From Lama guanicoe (taxonomy: Eukaryota): DNA of 64,000 nt. Under the pieces are notes generated by a model, which was given only the letters and a program-made list of their open reading frames with translations, was not told the DNA's origin and ran no database searches. The position numbers and the translations under genes were made by a program. This document shows positions 1-10,690 of the stretch, piece by piece; within the stretch, counting starts at the first letter, position 1; each line of letters begins with the position of its first letter. The stretch lies in the NCBI GenBank assembly GCA_013239625.1, contig MU054001.1, positions 2,672,151-2,736,150 of the forward strand. The letters are read 5' to 3'.

Positions 1-357
1 GAAAAGGGACTGAGAAGGGAAGGCTGTAGCCTAATGTAGGTAGATAAGATTTTATTTTATTTTTTTAGTTTTGAAGGGAAAGGTCATATTTAAAGGGAAG
101 AAAAGGATATGTTTTGTAAACTTTGAATATCTTAGCTTGCCAATGAAATTATTTTTCTGAGGAATCCCATTAAAAGTCATAAAGAAAGAAAGGAGTGTTT
201 TTCCTTGCTCTAAAACAAGCCAGTTTGTCCCATACTGAAACTTACACCCATAAAAAACAAAGTTAACAAAAGGATGAAGGCTAGGACAACTGAGAGAATT
301 GGAGAGCTGAAGACAAAGGCTAGACAAAATGGCCATTGTACCATCATTGTGTTCTCT

Positions 358-375
358 GCTGCCCTCTAGTGGTCA
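358..375 (-). promoter_or_regulatory. CTCF core binding motif
   Basis: + strand GCTGCCCTCTAGTGGTCA reads TGACCACTAGAGGGCAGC on the - strand, a close match to the CTCF core CCAC(C/T)AG(A/G)(G/T)GGC. Confidence 0.7.
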
Positions 376-643
376 CTTGAGGGAGTCGGGTGTAAAAATG
401 TCTCAAGGTCATGGTTACATAACTAGATTGTAGGAGAGACGAAGGTGGCATTAGATAGTCCTTAAAACTGCCCATCTTGTCAACACCCTGACTAGTGATG
501 AGGGGACAGATGTTCTGGGATAGAAACCAGAGAACAGCCAAGTGTATACTGCAGTGGGGCTACTTACTAGTAGAGAGGAAATATGGGAAACAGGACACTT
601 TCCACTTAATTCATTGTGGCTTGTATATATGCAGCATCGACTC

Positions 644-783
644 TGCCAGATTTTGTGTGCAGCATTGAAGATACAGAGAGGAATTAAACATAATCCCTGT
701 CCTTGGGGAGATCTCAGTGAAGAGGGCAGGGCACAAACACACAAGTTAGATTAGGAACAGTGTTGTAAGAGGCATTTGACAAG
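644..783 (-). repeat. L2-derived fragment, copy 1 of a local direct duplication
   Basis: TGCCAGATTTTGTGTGCAGCATTGAAGATACAG...AAGAGGCATTTGACAAG. Resembles an antisense L2 3' region and is co-linear with 1249-1379. Confidence 0.7.
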
Positions 784-1248
784 ACATTTGTTCTTGATAG
801 TAATTCTCAAGTTAGAATGAGATTACTCACTGAGCATTTTCATTTGTTCTAAAAAAGGAAAATATTTTCTTGTTCTGTGTAGAGATGATGGTACAGGGAA
901 TGGATAAAATTTTCTTTCTTCTTTCTCTTTTGTAAAACACTGGATTTGGACTGCTGAGGTGGCACAACTATGACAGCTCAAAGTTTTAGTCTTGGTTTGA
1001 AGATGAAAGCCAAACCGTGTACATGAGTTCTTTATTCCTTTGCTAAATAAATTCCTCTGTGAACTATGGGAAATAAAAGGCTCTACTGAGGGAGGCAGTG
1101 GAGTCAAAGATGGCCACTCCCTCCCACCACCCCACCTCCATCTGTGCAGAGCTGCATCTAATGCTCCTCAGGGAATCTTTTCTAGACTCCTCTGCATCGT
1201 CAGTCTTTAGGAACTCGTTTTATTTAGAGACATGCAGGCCTTGCTAAG

Positions 1249-1379
1249 TGCCAGATTTTGTGTGCAGGATTGAAGATACAGGGGGAAATTAAACATAGCC
1301 CCTCTCCCAATGTAGAGGGCAGGGCACAAACAAACAGCAAATTAGACTTGAAACAGTGTTATAAGAGGCATTTGACAAG
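1249..1379 (-). repeat. L2-derived fragment, copy 2 of a local direct duplication
   Basis: TGCCAGATTTTGTGTGCAGGATTGAAGATACAG...AAGAGGCATTTGACAAG, sharing long identical blocks with 644-783. Confidence 0.7.
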
Positions 1380-1589
1380 GCATCTCTCCCAGTTCCTTTG
1401 CGAGCAGCTTTTGGATTGCATTTATTAAAAACTAATTTTCCACTCTTTGCATTAACTAAGAAGCCAAGGAAGAGGGTGGGATTAAAGGGGTAGGGTTCCA
1501 CCTTTAGTATTAGAGTAACACTAATGTAAGATGTGTGCATTTAGGGAAGCTACACTTACCTTCATCTGGAATTTATTGGAGGACCAAGG

Positions 1590-2340
1590 ACTATACCTCT
1601 CATGGATATTTTTTGGGGAGTCTGGCTAGTATCCATTCCCCTGCCTCCCTCCATCCACATTGGACTTTATATGGGCAGTCACCTCTCCTCACTCTCTCTC
1701 CATGGCTTTAGAGTTCAAACTGCTCCTGCATGTAAACCATGAGTGGCCACTCAGAGTTTGACATCCTCAGGCTCCTATGATAAGTTCAGGAAAGGGCACG
1801 AGGCCTGGGCTGGACATTCAGGGAAAATGGGACTCCACCCTGGGACTTTTGTTGAAGCTGTGAGGGGAAAGCATTCTTTCTCTTGTGTGATAGTCAAGAG
1901 AATGGGACATAAGGCTGGAGCTGGTGACATCTTGCCACCATGAAGAGAGAAGTTTTCTAAGAGTTCCACCGTTCTAAAGGAAAGAGGAGAAATTGATGTC
2001 AGGTCCTAATGACATTATTTGAACACCTAGATACAGTCATGTTTCGAGCCTCATATACCCATGAACTTTTCAGTTATATGACCAATCTATTTCTTTTTGG
2101 CTCTTGCTCAAGTCAGTGGTCTCAGACTTTGGTGTGCGTCAAATCACCCGAGGAGCTTGTTAAAATAGATTGCTGTACCCAACTGAAAGTAGGTCTAGGG
2201 TAGGGACCAAAAACTTGTATTTTAAATAATTTTCCAGGACATGTGGATGCTGCTGGTACAGGGATCACACTTTGAGAAACATTGGCTTATAAGCCTTTTT
2301 TGTTTTCTGCTGTTTATGACCAAAACTATCCTGACTGACA
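1590..2340 (+). mobile_element. Old MLT1 (ERVL-MaLR) solo LTR, interrupted by MER5
   Basis: MLT1-type phrases GGGACTTTTGTTGAAGCT, CATCTTGCCACCATGAAGAGAG and GAACTTTTCAGTTATATGACCAAT; ends at ATCCTGACTGACA. Confidence 0.6.
2114..2284. mobile_element. MER5A-like hAT-Charlie MITE
   Basis: CAGTGGTCTCAGACTTTGGTGTGCGTCAAATCACCCGAGGAGCTTGTTAAAA...GATGCTGCTGGT...CACACTTTGAGAAACATTG, with terminal inverted repeats. Confidence 0.8.
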
Positions 2341-3611
2341 TCAGAAGAGCTTTTCTAAATGGGAAAGAATCTTATTCTTAGAAGAATTAATAAAATAAGG
2401 TAAAACAATGTGTTTGGGAACTTATAAATAAGCACTTGAAAATGACATAGCCATACTCATGACTGCACAGGACCAGTTTGAAATTTTCTTACTGTGGTTT
2501 TTCACACTGTTTCTACTTATGCCTGAGCCTTTGGTATGGCTAAGGCCAGGCCTATAGAGTATATGACAAATGAGCAAAAACAGCAGGACTAATACGTGTT
2601 TTGTCAAAGACTGAAAACCTGTGCACATTTTTCACTCTGATCCAGTCTGTCAACAAAATGCTTTTCATGAGAAACATCAAAGCCATTTCATCTGCAAATT
2701 TCGGTTTTTTTTTTTGAATCCCTTAATCTACACTGTTGACAAAAATTTCTGTCAAGTGCCGCAAACCATTGTATTAACAAATTTTGTTTTGTCAATCATG
2801 ATTTAGCCTGCTTGCAAATGCTTTTCGTAATATTTTACTCCATCCTGCCGGAAGAATACCTAACAGTCAGTGCCTCAATCTTAATACTGAAAGCAAGTAA
2901 AGAGGGAACGTAAAAGTGGTGTCGAGCCTGCTCATTTAGTACATCTATCGGATGTCCCTGTGCGTTTTAAATAAATCCAGCTCATCTGAAGTCTTCCCTG
3001 AGCAATGCAAGCCCCAGTGAGGTGAGGATATGACAGCTGGTGAAATTATACAGTGCTGTTCATGTTTTCCAGCTTACCTGCTAATCAGAGCCTTTCGGTT
3101 ATTACCTCTGAGACTTTTCACTGTGGCTGGTCCTGGTGGCTTTTTTTATGAAAGCATCATCATTCACATTTTCCCTAATTGCAAACTCAGGAGGATGGCA
3201 TGTACATCGCAGTGTCTTCAGATTTCAGTGTATCTTCACTTCAGTTATCACATCATTAATTAAGAGATGGTCACTGCTGTTTCCCAGAGATGCTGTAAGA
3301 GCATCTGGGTATTTTTGCTCAAGGAGATGCTATGGTAGGTAATCTCAAGCTTGGGATGTCCATTTTCCGCATAGCTTATCTCTGAATTCTTGGTGACATC
3401 ACAACAAGAAGATTGGATTTCCTGATAACCTCTGACAGTTAAATTGCTACATTTTCTTAGGTACTTCAAAACGGGTCAGTCATAAATTGATGCCATAAAT
3501 TCAAATTAGGGTGGATACACCTATGGACAATTTGCAGATGCCAATATATCTTGTAGGAGATTGGACAACTTGTGCTGCAGACAGGAAAAAGGATGTGCCT
3601 AGTTAAATGTT

Positions 3612-3790
3612 GGGTGATCTGAATTTGAATTCTGACTCTACCTCATAAAAGCTATTTGACTTTGAGCAAGTCACTGGACATCTCTGTCCCTGGGTATCTC
3701 CTTACCTGTACAATGGAACTGATATAACTACTTGCCTTGCAGACCTTCTGAGCTCCAGGGAAGAGCAAAGAAGATGAATTTATAAGTCTA
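3612..3790 (+). mobile_element. MIR SINE
   Basis: TTTGAATTCTGACTCTACC...TGACTTTGAGCAAGTCACT...CTGTACAATGG matches the MIR core. Confidence 0.7.
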
Positions 3791-5009
3791 AGTTTAGAGT
3801 GATTGTTCAACGCTGGATAAATATAAAGCTACACTGGTTGTTGTTTCAGAAATACTTCATTTTAGGTATCTTTGAGGAGATGCTAGGTTCCTCTCTATGG
3901 TATAAGTGAATGGCAGAGTGGTGTTGTAGTTTGAGAACTTGTCTCAGATCTCTCCTGTGTTGACCTTCTGTATAGCCTGAAAACTCCCTCTTAGGGTTGT
4001 CTTTGGAGTCTGGCATGCAAAGGAGCAGGGACCACATGTAAAGTGTGTTGGCAAAGGTTTGTGTACTTGTGTACACCATATTGTTTTCTTGTATGAGCAT
4101 CACTGGAAGCAGGGGTGGGTTGATTGATGCAGGAATAATCGAGGCCTGGAACCCAGAAGCTGCCCTAAAAGAGAAAGTGGAAGAGGACAGTAGGCAGGAG
4201 AAGAGTCCCCTGGGTGCCTGGGGGAGGTAGGAGATCACATCAAGGCCTAATATTGTCTCTTACACAATTTTGCTTTCATCCAGTCCCTTACAAAGAAAGA
4301 CTCATGTCTGACACCTGTTGAACCCCAACATGTGCCCGGAAACAGAGGTCACTGCAAAGTGCCATGGCAACAAGTTTGAGTGGCTGTGACTCTTGCTAGG
4401 GGACCCTGTGTCCAGCATTGTGGCAGGTCCCCTGGGTTCTGCATATTCTCTTACATTGCTTATTGACCCCTTTAAGACTCCTTCAAACTTCTCCAGGCAA
4501 AACTACCCCGGTTCCTGCCCTCACTCTTCCCAAACCATTTATCATCTCCATGGCCACCAAAATCCATGCTCCCTCACATGACAAATTATGTGCAGCTAAT
4601 AATAGACTTCCTGGAGCTCTGGGCCCCAGATTTGCTGTCTGCAGCCAAGGGAATTGAGATTGAGTGCACAGTTAGGGAGAAACAAATCAATTATAGTAAG
4701 TGACAAACAAACAAACTCTCCTTTCTTTCAGAAGCCTAAGCTAGAGGGGTGAGTTATACAGACAAGGGCTTTCTGGGCTTGTGGTTTCTGGGGAGTCGTC
4801 CTCAGGACGCACGTTCACAGATGCCAGGAGGAAACGGGCCCTGGGCAGCCCAGAGTAGAGAGAAGATCAAAGTAGTCTCTGGATGATTCTGCATGTTCTA
4901 CACACATAATTGGTTCAGGAAACATTTGCACTAATCGTTACTTCTAGAAACAGAGATAGACCCACAACATAAACTACTGTACTGGGTAGTGTGATGAGAA
5001 GTCTTGGTT

Positions 5010-5500
5010 GAATAATGTAATCCAGACTGGCTTATAGAAAAAAAAAAGAAATAAAAGAAATCCTCTTGGCTTATATACCTTTACCACCTAAGGATTAATC
5101 TTATTTTAGATGCAGCTGGTTACAAGAACTCAAGCCACCACAGATGTGATTTCTTACTGTCCATTTCTTGGTTCAGTTTTCTCTCTGGAGAACTCATCTT
5201 TAGATGGGTTTCTTCTCGTAGATGCAAGATGCCTGCTTCTGGTTTTCAGGGTCACATCCTGCTAGCTTCAAATCTGGCAGAAAAGATTATTTATTCTTAG
5301 CATTCCCAGAAAATTTTTCTGAGATTCACTGTAACTGGGGAGGCTTGGGTCACACGCTTTCACCCTGAAGCAGTGACTTCATGAGAAGGGTTTTGGACTT
5401 TCATTGGCTTAAGCCTGGGTTGTATATTCTACTCATAAGGGCCTAGGAAGACTGTGGTAGGACAGGATGGGGCTTCAGCTGAAAATTGGAACTCATATTA
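5010..5500 (-). mobile_element. Degenerate MLT1-type LTR
   Basis: AATCCAGACTGGCTTA...CAAGATGCCTGC...CTTGGGTCACACGC...ATTGGCTTAAGCCTGGGT, typical of antisense old MLT1. Confidence 0.5.
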
Positions 5501-5589
5501 GAAAAGGAGGATCTGTTAGTCGCGGCTCAGTGGCAGAACACACAAATTGCTGTTTTAAGAAGAAAGTAATTTGCAGGATATTAAGTGGT

Positions 5590-6075
5590 TAGAAAATGGT
5601 TGGAAAAGCTAGGATTGGCCTCCAGGAATGATTTCCAGAAGAGCAATACAGAATCGGTCCACATAGGGAATGGCTCCTGTGATGCTCAGGAAGTGGAGAA
5701 CTGAGGAGCTGTCCCACCAAGTGCTGGCTCCTGATCGTACCACCTTTGTGTGATCCAATGATCAGGAAATTTGCCATCAGGACCACTGGCTCCAGAGCTA
5801 TGCCACTTCTGGATCCCCATCAGCAAAATGGTGCCCGGATCCTGCCTCTTGACATCCGCACAGCTAGGTTTCTAACCTTGCTGTGGAAACATCAAGTATT
5901 GTGGGAACTCTCACCAGAAGGAGTAGCAGAAGCACGACCTCTGCCTCACTGCTGCCTTCCAGATCTTGTGTGTCTGAGTGGCCAAACGCAAATACTATCC
6001 TGAACCTTGAGGAGTCTAAGAAGTAGAGCCTTCAGCTTTACCACATCTGCAGCATGTAAAAAGGGAGTTGAATGA
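5590..6075. mobile_element. LTR33-like ERVL LTR
   Basis: CCTCTGCCTCACT..GCCTTCCAGATCT, CAGCAAAATGG and GGAGTCTAAGAAGTAG resemble the LTR33 consensus as I recall it. Confidence 0.55.
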
Positions 6076-6539
6076 CCATCTCCATCACTACATGGAGGGC
6101 CATTTAGGAATGTCCACTACAGTTAAGATTTGAACAGTACATCAGGCCCCTCATGGGCAGTTTCCATGTGGGAAGCTTCCCCTGGATGGACCCATCTTGC
6201 TGAGACAAAGCTGCAGAGACCCATGGAGGGACAGACACACCGCATCTGAGAGAGTTATGGTCCACTGTGGCTGCTCAGCAAGGGGTCTAAATATGCACAC
6301 CTAGCTGGGGGAAGAAACCCAGGGATGTAAGCGGGCTGAGAGGGACCATCAGGTTCATGCAATGCCTTGTCTGGGGGAGAGCAGCAAACCATAGGTAGAG
6401 AGCGGGCTGAGGAGGAAGAAGCCCTCCTGATGTCTGCCTTGACTGTACATCGATGGCTGTTTCTGGCTCTAGTGAATCAAACCTGAGGCCATTGCTGTGT
6501 ATATTTTAAGTTAGTAATCCCTCATTTGGACAAAGCTTA

Positions 6540-6955
6540 TTGACAGTCTTATAATATCCAGTGTTTCTTGTACACATATCATGAGCCAGGTACCATTCTA
6601 TGGTCATCACAGGTATACACTCATCTAAGTCATGTTGCAACTCTGTATGTTAGGGACCATCATTCATTCATTCATTTATTCATTTATTCAACAAATACTT
6701 ATTGAATGCCAACAAGTAGCAGACAGTCCTAGGTGCTGGGGTTATAGCCGTAAACATAGTAGACAAGGATCCCTGCCCTTATGCTTCTTCCATCCTAGTG
6801 GTAACTATTATTATCCCCATTTTACATGAGGAGGAGCTAGAGACACAGGTGAGTTGAGTCACTCACCCAAGGTCATTTGGCCAGTGACTAGCGTGGCCTG
6901 TGCTTGAACCCTGGCAGTCTGGCTCCAGAACCCATGCTCTCCATCACCCTGCCAC
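6540..6955 (-). mobile_element. MIR interrupted by an L2 3' end
   Basis: MIR halves (ATGAGCCAGGTACCATTCTA... and TATCCCCATTTTACATGAGG...CCCAAGGTCA...TGAACCCTGGCAGTCTGGCTCCAGA) flank 6660-6801. Confidence 0.7.
6660..6801 (-). mobile_element. L2 LINE 3' end
   Basis: CATTCATTCATTCATTTATTCATTTATTCAACAAATACTTATTGAATGCC...CTAGGTGCTGGGG...CCCTGCCCT. Confidence 0.8.
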
Positions 6956-7193
6956 AATTCTCCATCCTCATGGCTGCCTTGAGAGAGGGTGCCGCATCCA
7001 GGTCCTATCTCCATGTCACTGATGGTAAATTGAGGCTTTTAGTTGACATGGCCAGGTTCATAGTAATAACAGGGAGCAAAGCTGGAGTGCTGCCAGAGAT
7101 GTTTAGAGCCACTGTTGAGTCTTTCCATGATAACATCCTTCCTCCAGGGCTTAGCCCATTATCACCACCACCCGCTCCCTGCAGCGCTCCTAG

Positions 7194-7219
7194 TGATGAT
7201 GATGATGATGATGATGATG
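7194..7219. repeat. (GAT)n microsatellite
   Basis: TGATGATGATGATGATGATGATGATG; this explains the poly-D/poly-S stretches in the ORF track. Confidence 0.95.
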
Positions 7220-7224
7220 TAGCC

Positions 7225-7440
7225 GAGGGCTGGCACGCAAGGGCTAACCACGCGCTAAGCTCTGAGCTTATCACTTTAAGTGATTATCTCATTAAATCTC
7301 CACTACCCTGTGAACTATATGCAGTTATTATTCCCATTTTACAGGTGAGAAAAATGATTCAAAGAGTAATTTCCCCAAGGTCACACAGCTAGGAAATGGG
7401 AAGCCAATGTTTAAGCCAGTTTTCCTGATCCAAAGCTATG
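7225..7440 (-). mobile_element. MIR SINE
   Basis: ATTATTCCCATTTTACAGGTGAGAAAA...CCCAAGGTCACACAGCTAGGAAATGG. Confidence 0.8.
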
Positions 7441-8012
7441 CAAAATTCCACCTGGCTGTAGTGAACCTCTGTCTTCCCCTCGTGCTGGAAGGGAAAGCTT
7501 TGGAGACTGGCAAGGAAAAGCATTTTTCTTAATGCAAGAAGCATCTTTTTTTTTTTTTTTAACCTGTACCATCACAAAAAAAATGTTCAGAATTGAGGTG
7601 AAGAATAACCATTTTGCCAAAGCCACTTTGGATGTGTTCTTTCCAGCACATAAGCCAAGATCAGGTGATACTAAAAACAAACAAAAATTAATCATACATA
7701 TCTTATGCCTGATTTCCTTTGGCACCCACTCCCCACTGCCCTTTGCTATTCTGGTTGGAGCAGACTCTTGGTTTGGCTCATGTCTCTGCTTATTTGCAGC
7801 CATATTTCCAAAGGATATATTTTTATTGGAGCAATAATTTCCATCATAAGTTAAATAATTTGGCACCTTGCCTTTTGCATTAAAGGAAAAAAAATCCCTG
7901 CGTTACTTAAATTGAACAGTTTCATGTCAGTCTCAGGAGATTTTCCAGTGGGGCAGCCTCTGGATGCTGGCCAGTCACCCTTAGAACTATAGAAATGTGT
8001 AAATGTTAAGAA

Positions 8013-8238
8013 CAGTGTTTCTCAGTCTGGGCACTATTGACATTTTGGCCAGATGACTTTTTGCTCTGGGGGCTTTTCTATGCACTGTAGGAGGTGTAGC
8101 AGTATCCTTGGCCTCTTTCCCACTAACTTCCAGTACTGCCGTCTCCCTCCCCACCCCCAGTTGTGACAGTCAGAATGTCCATATCTCTGTGGGGGGTGGA
8201 TGCTGGCAGGCAAAGTTGCCCCTGCTTGAGTACCACCG
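8013..8238. mobile_element. MER20 hAT-Charlie MITE with 8-bp TSD
   Basis: CAGTGTTTCTCAGTCTGGGCACTATTGACATTTTGG...CAGTTGTGACAGTCAGAATGTC...TTGAGTACCACCG; flanked by GTTAAGAA (8005-8012) and GTTAAGAG (8239-8246). Confidence 0.9.
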
Positions 8239-8412
8239 GTTAAGAGCATAGATTTAGGAGTCAAAATGACTTGCATTCAAAGCACATATTGGGGTATGTG
8301 AACTTGGGGAGGTACTTGACTTCTCTGGGACTCAACTGTTTGATGGAAATGAAGATGGTGCCCACCTCATACCCTTGTTGTTGGGATTAGCTGAGATCAT
8401 ATGAGAAACACG

Positions 8413-8821
8413 TGATGGTGGAGATCCCTATGCATTCCCTGAAAGCTTGTCCATTTTCTGCCTGGACATAAAGCCAATCAATGTGCATTTCCTAGCCTCC
8501 CCTGAAGTTGGATGAGGTCCAAAGACCAAGATCAAGCTAATGGAATATGAGTGAGAGTTATGTGCTCCAGGTCCATGGTGAACTTCCATGATCTTTCCCT
8601 GCCTGCCAGCTGTTCATAAGGTCTCCGAGGCTGCAGAGAATGAGGGCTCCATATGATAGAACCAACTTGTGTCTCTGTTTGGCTGCATGGAGCATAACCG
8701 GACTCTCTACCCTGCCACTGCTGACTGCACTTTGTGTGAGTGAAAAACAAGCTTTTGTTATGTTAAGCCACTGACATGTGGGTTATCTGTTACAGCAGCT
8801 AGCATGATACTAACTTCTACA
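8413..8821 (+). mobile_element. MLT1 (I/J-like) solo LTR
   Basis: CATTTCCTAGCCTCCCCTGAAGTTGG...AATGGAATATGAGTG...TGTTAAGCCACTGACATGTGGGTTATCTGTTACAGCAGC...TACA. Confidence 0.75.
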
Positions 8822-9507
8822 TGTGCATAACAATACGTTTGGCACATAGCAAGCATCAACAGATGTTAGATAATATCCTTTTTACTAACGATTGGTGAAT
8901 TCTATATTAGTTTTCTTAACCTGACAGACAATCGGAGATCAGTGAGAGGAGGAGATGGGAACTGAGCTGATTGACATATATCACAGTGTGTGTCTGTCTA
9001 AGTCATGACATTTGACGGATGAGTCCGCATTAGTTTGTCAGACATTCCAGAACAATCTTGTCGGCCCCAACCAGCATCTGGAAAGCTAGCTGCCTTGGCT
9101 CTCGCAGAGCATGGATCGTTCCCACCTGTAAGTGGAATCTGTGATGCCCTCCCTCTAGGCCAAGCCCAGATCTATGCTTAGATCCACGTAAAGAACATGA
9201 TTTAAGGGGAAGGCCCTTTGGGCCCCCAAATTTCTTTTTTTGTCAAATACTAGAAGTTCACATTTCTGCAGAGAACTATAAATAATGTACACTGGGTGGA
9301 GGCAATACTTAAAATAGGAGTTCAGACTGGTGAAATGACAATGAGGACTCTCAAGCTCAGAGGGAAGACCTGGCGCCTATGTTCTTCTTTGTCCTTGGCC
9401 ATCATCCTCTGCCTTCCCTAGTGTTCAAGATGTTTACAACATTGAGCTTTGGAAAGACTGCATATACTTTATATACTTTCTTTCTACAAATGCTTTTTGC
9501 ACACAGC

Positions 9508-9988
9508 TGTGCTAGGCTGAATAATGGCCCCTCAAAGAAGCCTACACCCTTATTCCTGGAACCTGTGAATATGTTACCTTCTATGGTAAAGGAGACTTTG
9601 AATATGTAATTAAGTTTAAAAATCTTCAGATGAGGAGATTATTCTGGATTTTATATATATAGGCCTAATCACAAGAGTTTTTAGAAGAGGAAGGCAGGAG
9701 GAACAGAATGAGTAGCAGGAGATGTGACAACAAAAGCAAAAGGTGGGAGTGCTCTGAGGAAGCAGTCTTGAGCCAAGGGATGCAGGGGGCCCTAGGAGCT
9801 GAAAAAGACAAAGAAACATTCTCCTGTCAGAACCTTCCGAAGGAGCCAGCCCTGCCAACAGCTTGACCTTAGCTCAGGGAGGCTTATTTTGGATTTCTGC
9901 CTTCCAGAACAGTGAGATGATAAACTTGTTTTGTTTTAGGCACTTAATTTCTAGCAATTTGTGACAGCAATAATAGGAAACTAATACA
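9508..9988 (+). mobile_element. MLT1D-like solo LTR, apparently full length
   Basis: Starts TGTGCTAGGCTGAATAATGGCCCC, contains GGAACCTGTGAATATGTTACCTT, ends ATAGGAAACTAATACA. Confidence 0.85.
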
Positions 9989-10149
9989 CCAACCAATTGC
10001 TGTTGATAGGTTGAGGAGCTGGGGGGAAAGTAACGGTTCCTCTGCCCTGGACATGCTCACTGAGCTCACTGTTCATCGAGATGGACAATTAAAAAACAAT
10101 TGCAATTAGTGTCATTTTCAGAGGAGATAAACTAGTCCAGTTTGGGGGT

Positions 10150-10690
10150 TAGGTCAGATTCTTTCCAATTGTGACAGAAAATCCAGCACAAGCTAGCTTC
10201 AGTCAAAAAAAAAAATTTAGTGACTTTAGCATGCTTAATATGAGGAGCTCAAACAGTGTACTCATACCTCTCTCTCCCTCCCACCCTAGCTGTTATTCCT
10301 GCCTCACCACCTCCATATACCCTGTTAGTCTTGCTCTCTTGTGGGGCAGATGGCTGTCAGCAATTCTAATAAAACAAAAGTCCAATTTATCGAGTGAGAA
10401 AAATGATTTCTTCTTCCAGAATTTATAGGACAACCATCAGAAGTATTCTGATTGGCTGATTTGGGTGAAATGCTAATCCCTGGACCAACCTTTGGGACCA
10501 TGGGAATCATATAGTATGACTGGTTAATTCTAGGGCATATGTGAACACCTGGGGACAGGGGGCAGGTCATGGTGACTGGCTGCCCCATCAGAATCCCATG
10601 GAGTACCTGTGATGAGTAATTTTTCAGATGAAGTGGAGCATTTCTTTTCAGAAGGAAAAAACATGCTGGACAGATGAACTCCTGAGATGA
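10150..10690 (-). mobile_element. Degenerate MLT1-type LTR
   Basis: CAATTGTGACAGAAAATCCA...GATGGCTGTCAGCAATTC...CTGATTGGCTGATTTGGGT...ATGCTGGACAGA. Confidence 0.5.

Larger units (their letters stand above)
8000..8875 (+). mobile_element. MIR split by MER20 and an MLT1 LTR
   Basis: GTTAAGAGCATAGATTTAGGAGTCAAA...GAACTTGGGGAGGTACTTGACTTCTCT...CCCACCTCATA; the tail TTGGCACATAGCAAGC resumes after 8821. Confidence 0.7.

Noticed and set aside
6904..7392. Longest ORF in the track (162 aa, with a poly-Asp run)
   Set aside because: It begins and ends in MIR sequence, the poly-D comes from a (GAT)n microsatellite, and there is no recognisable domain.
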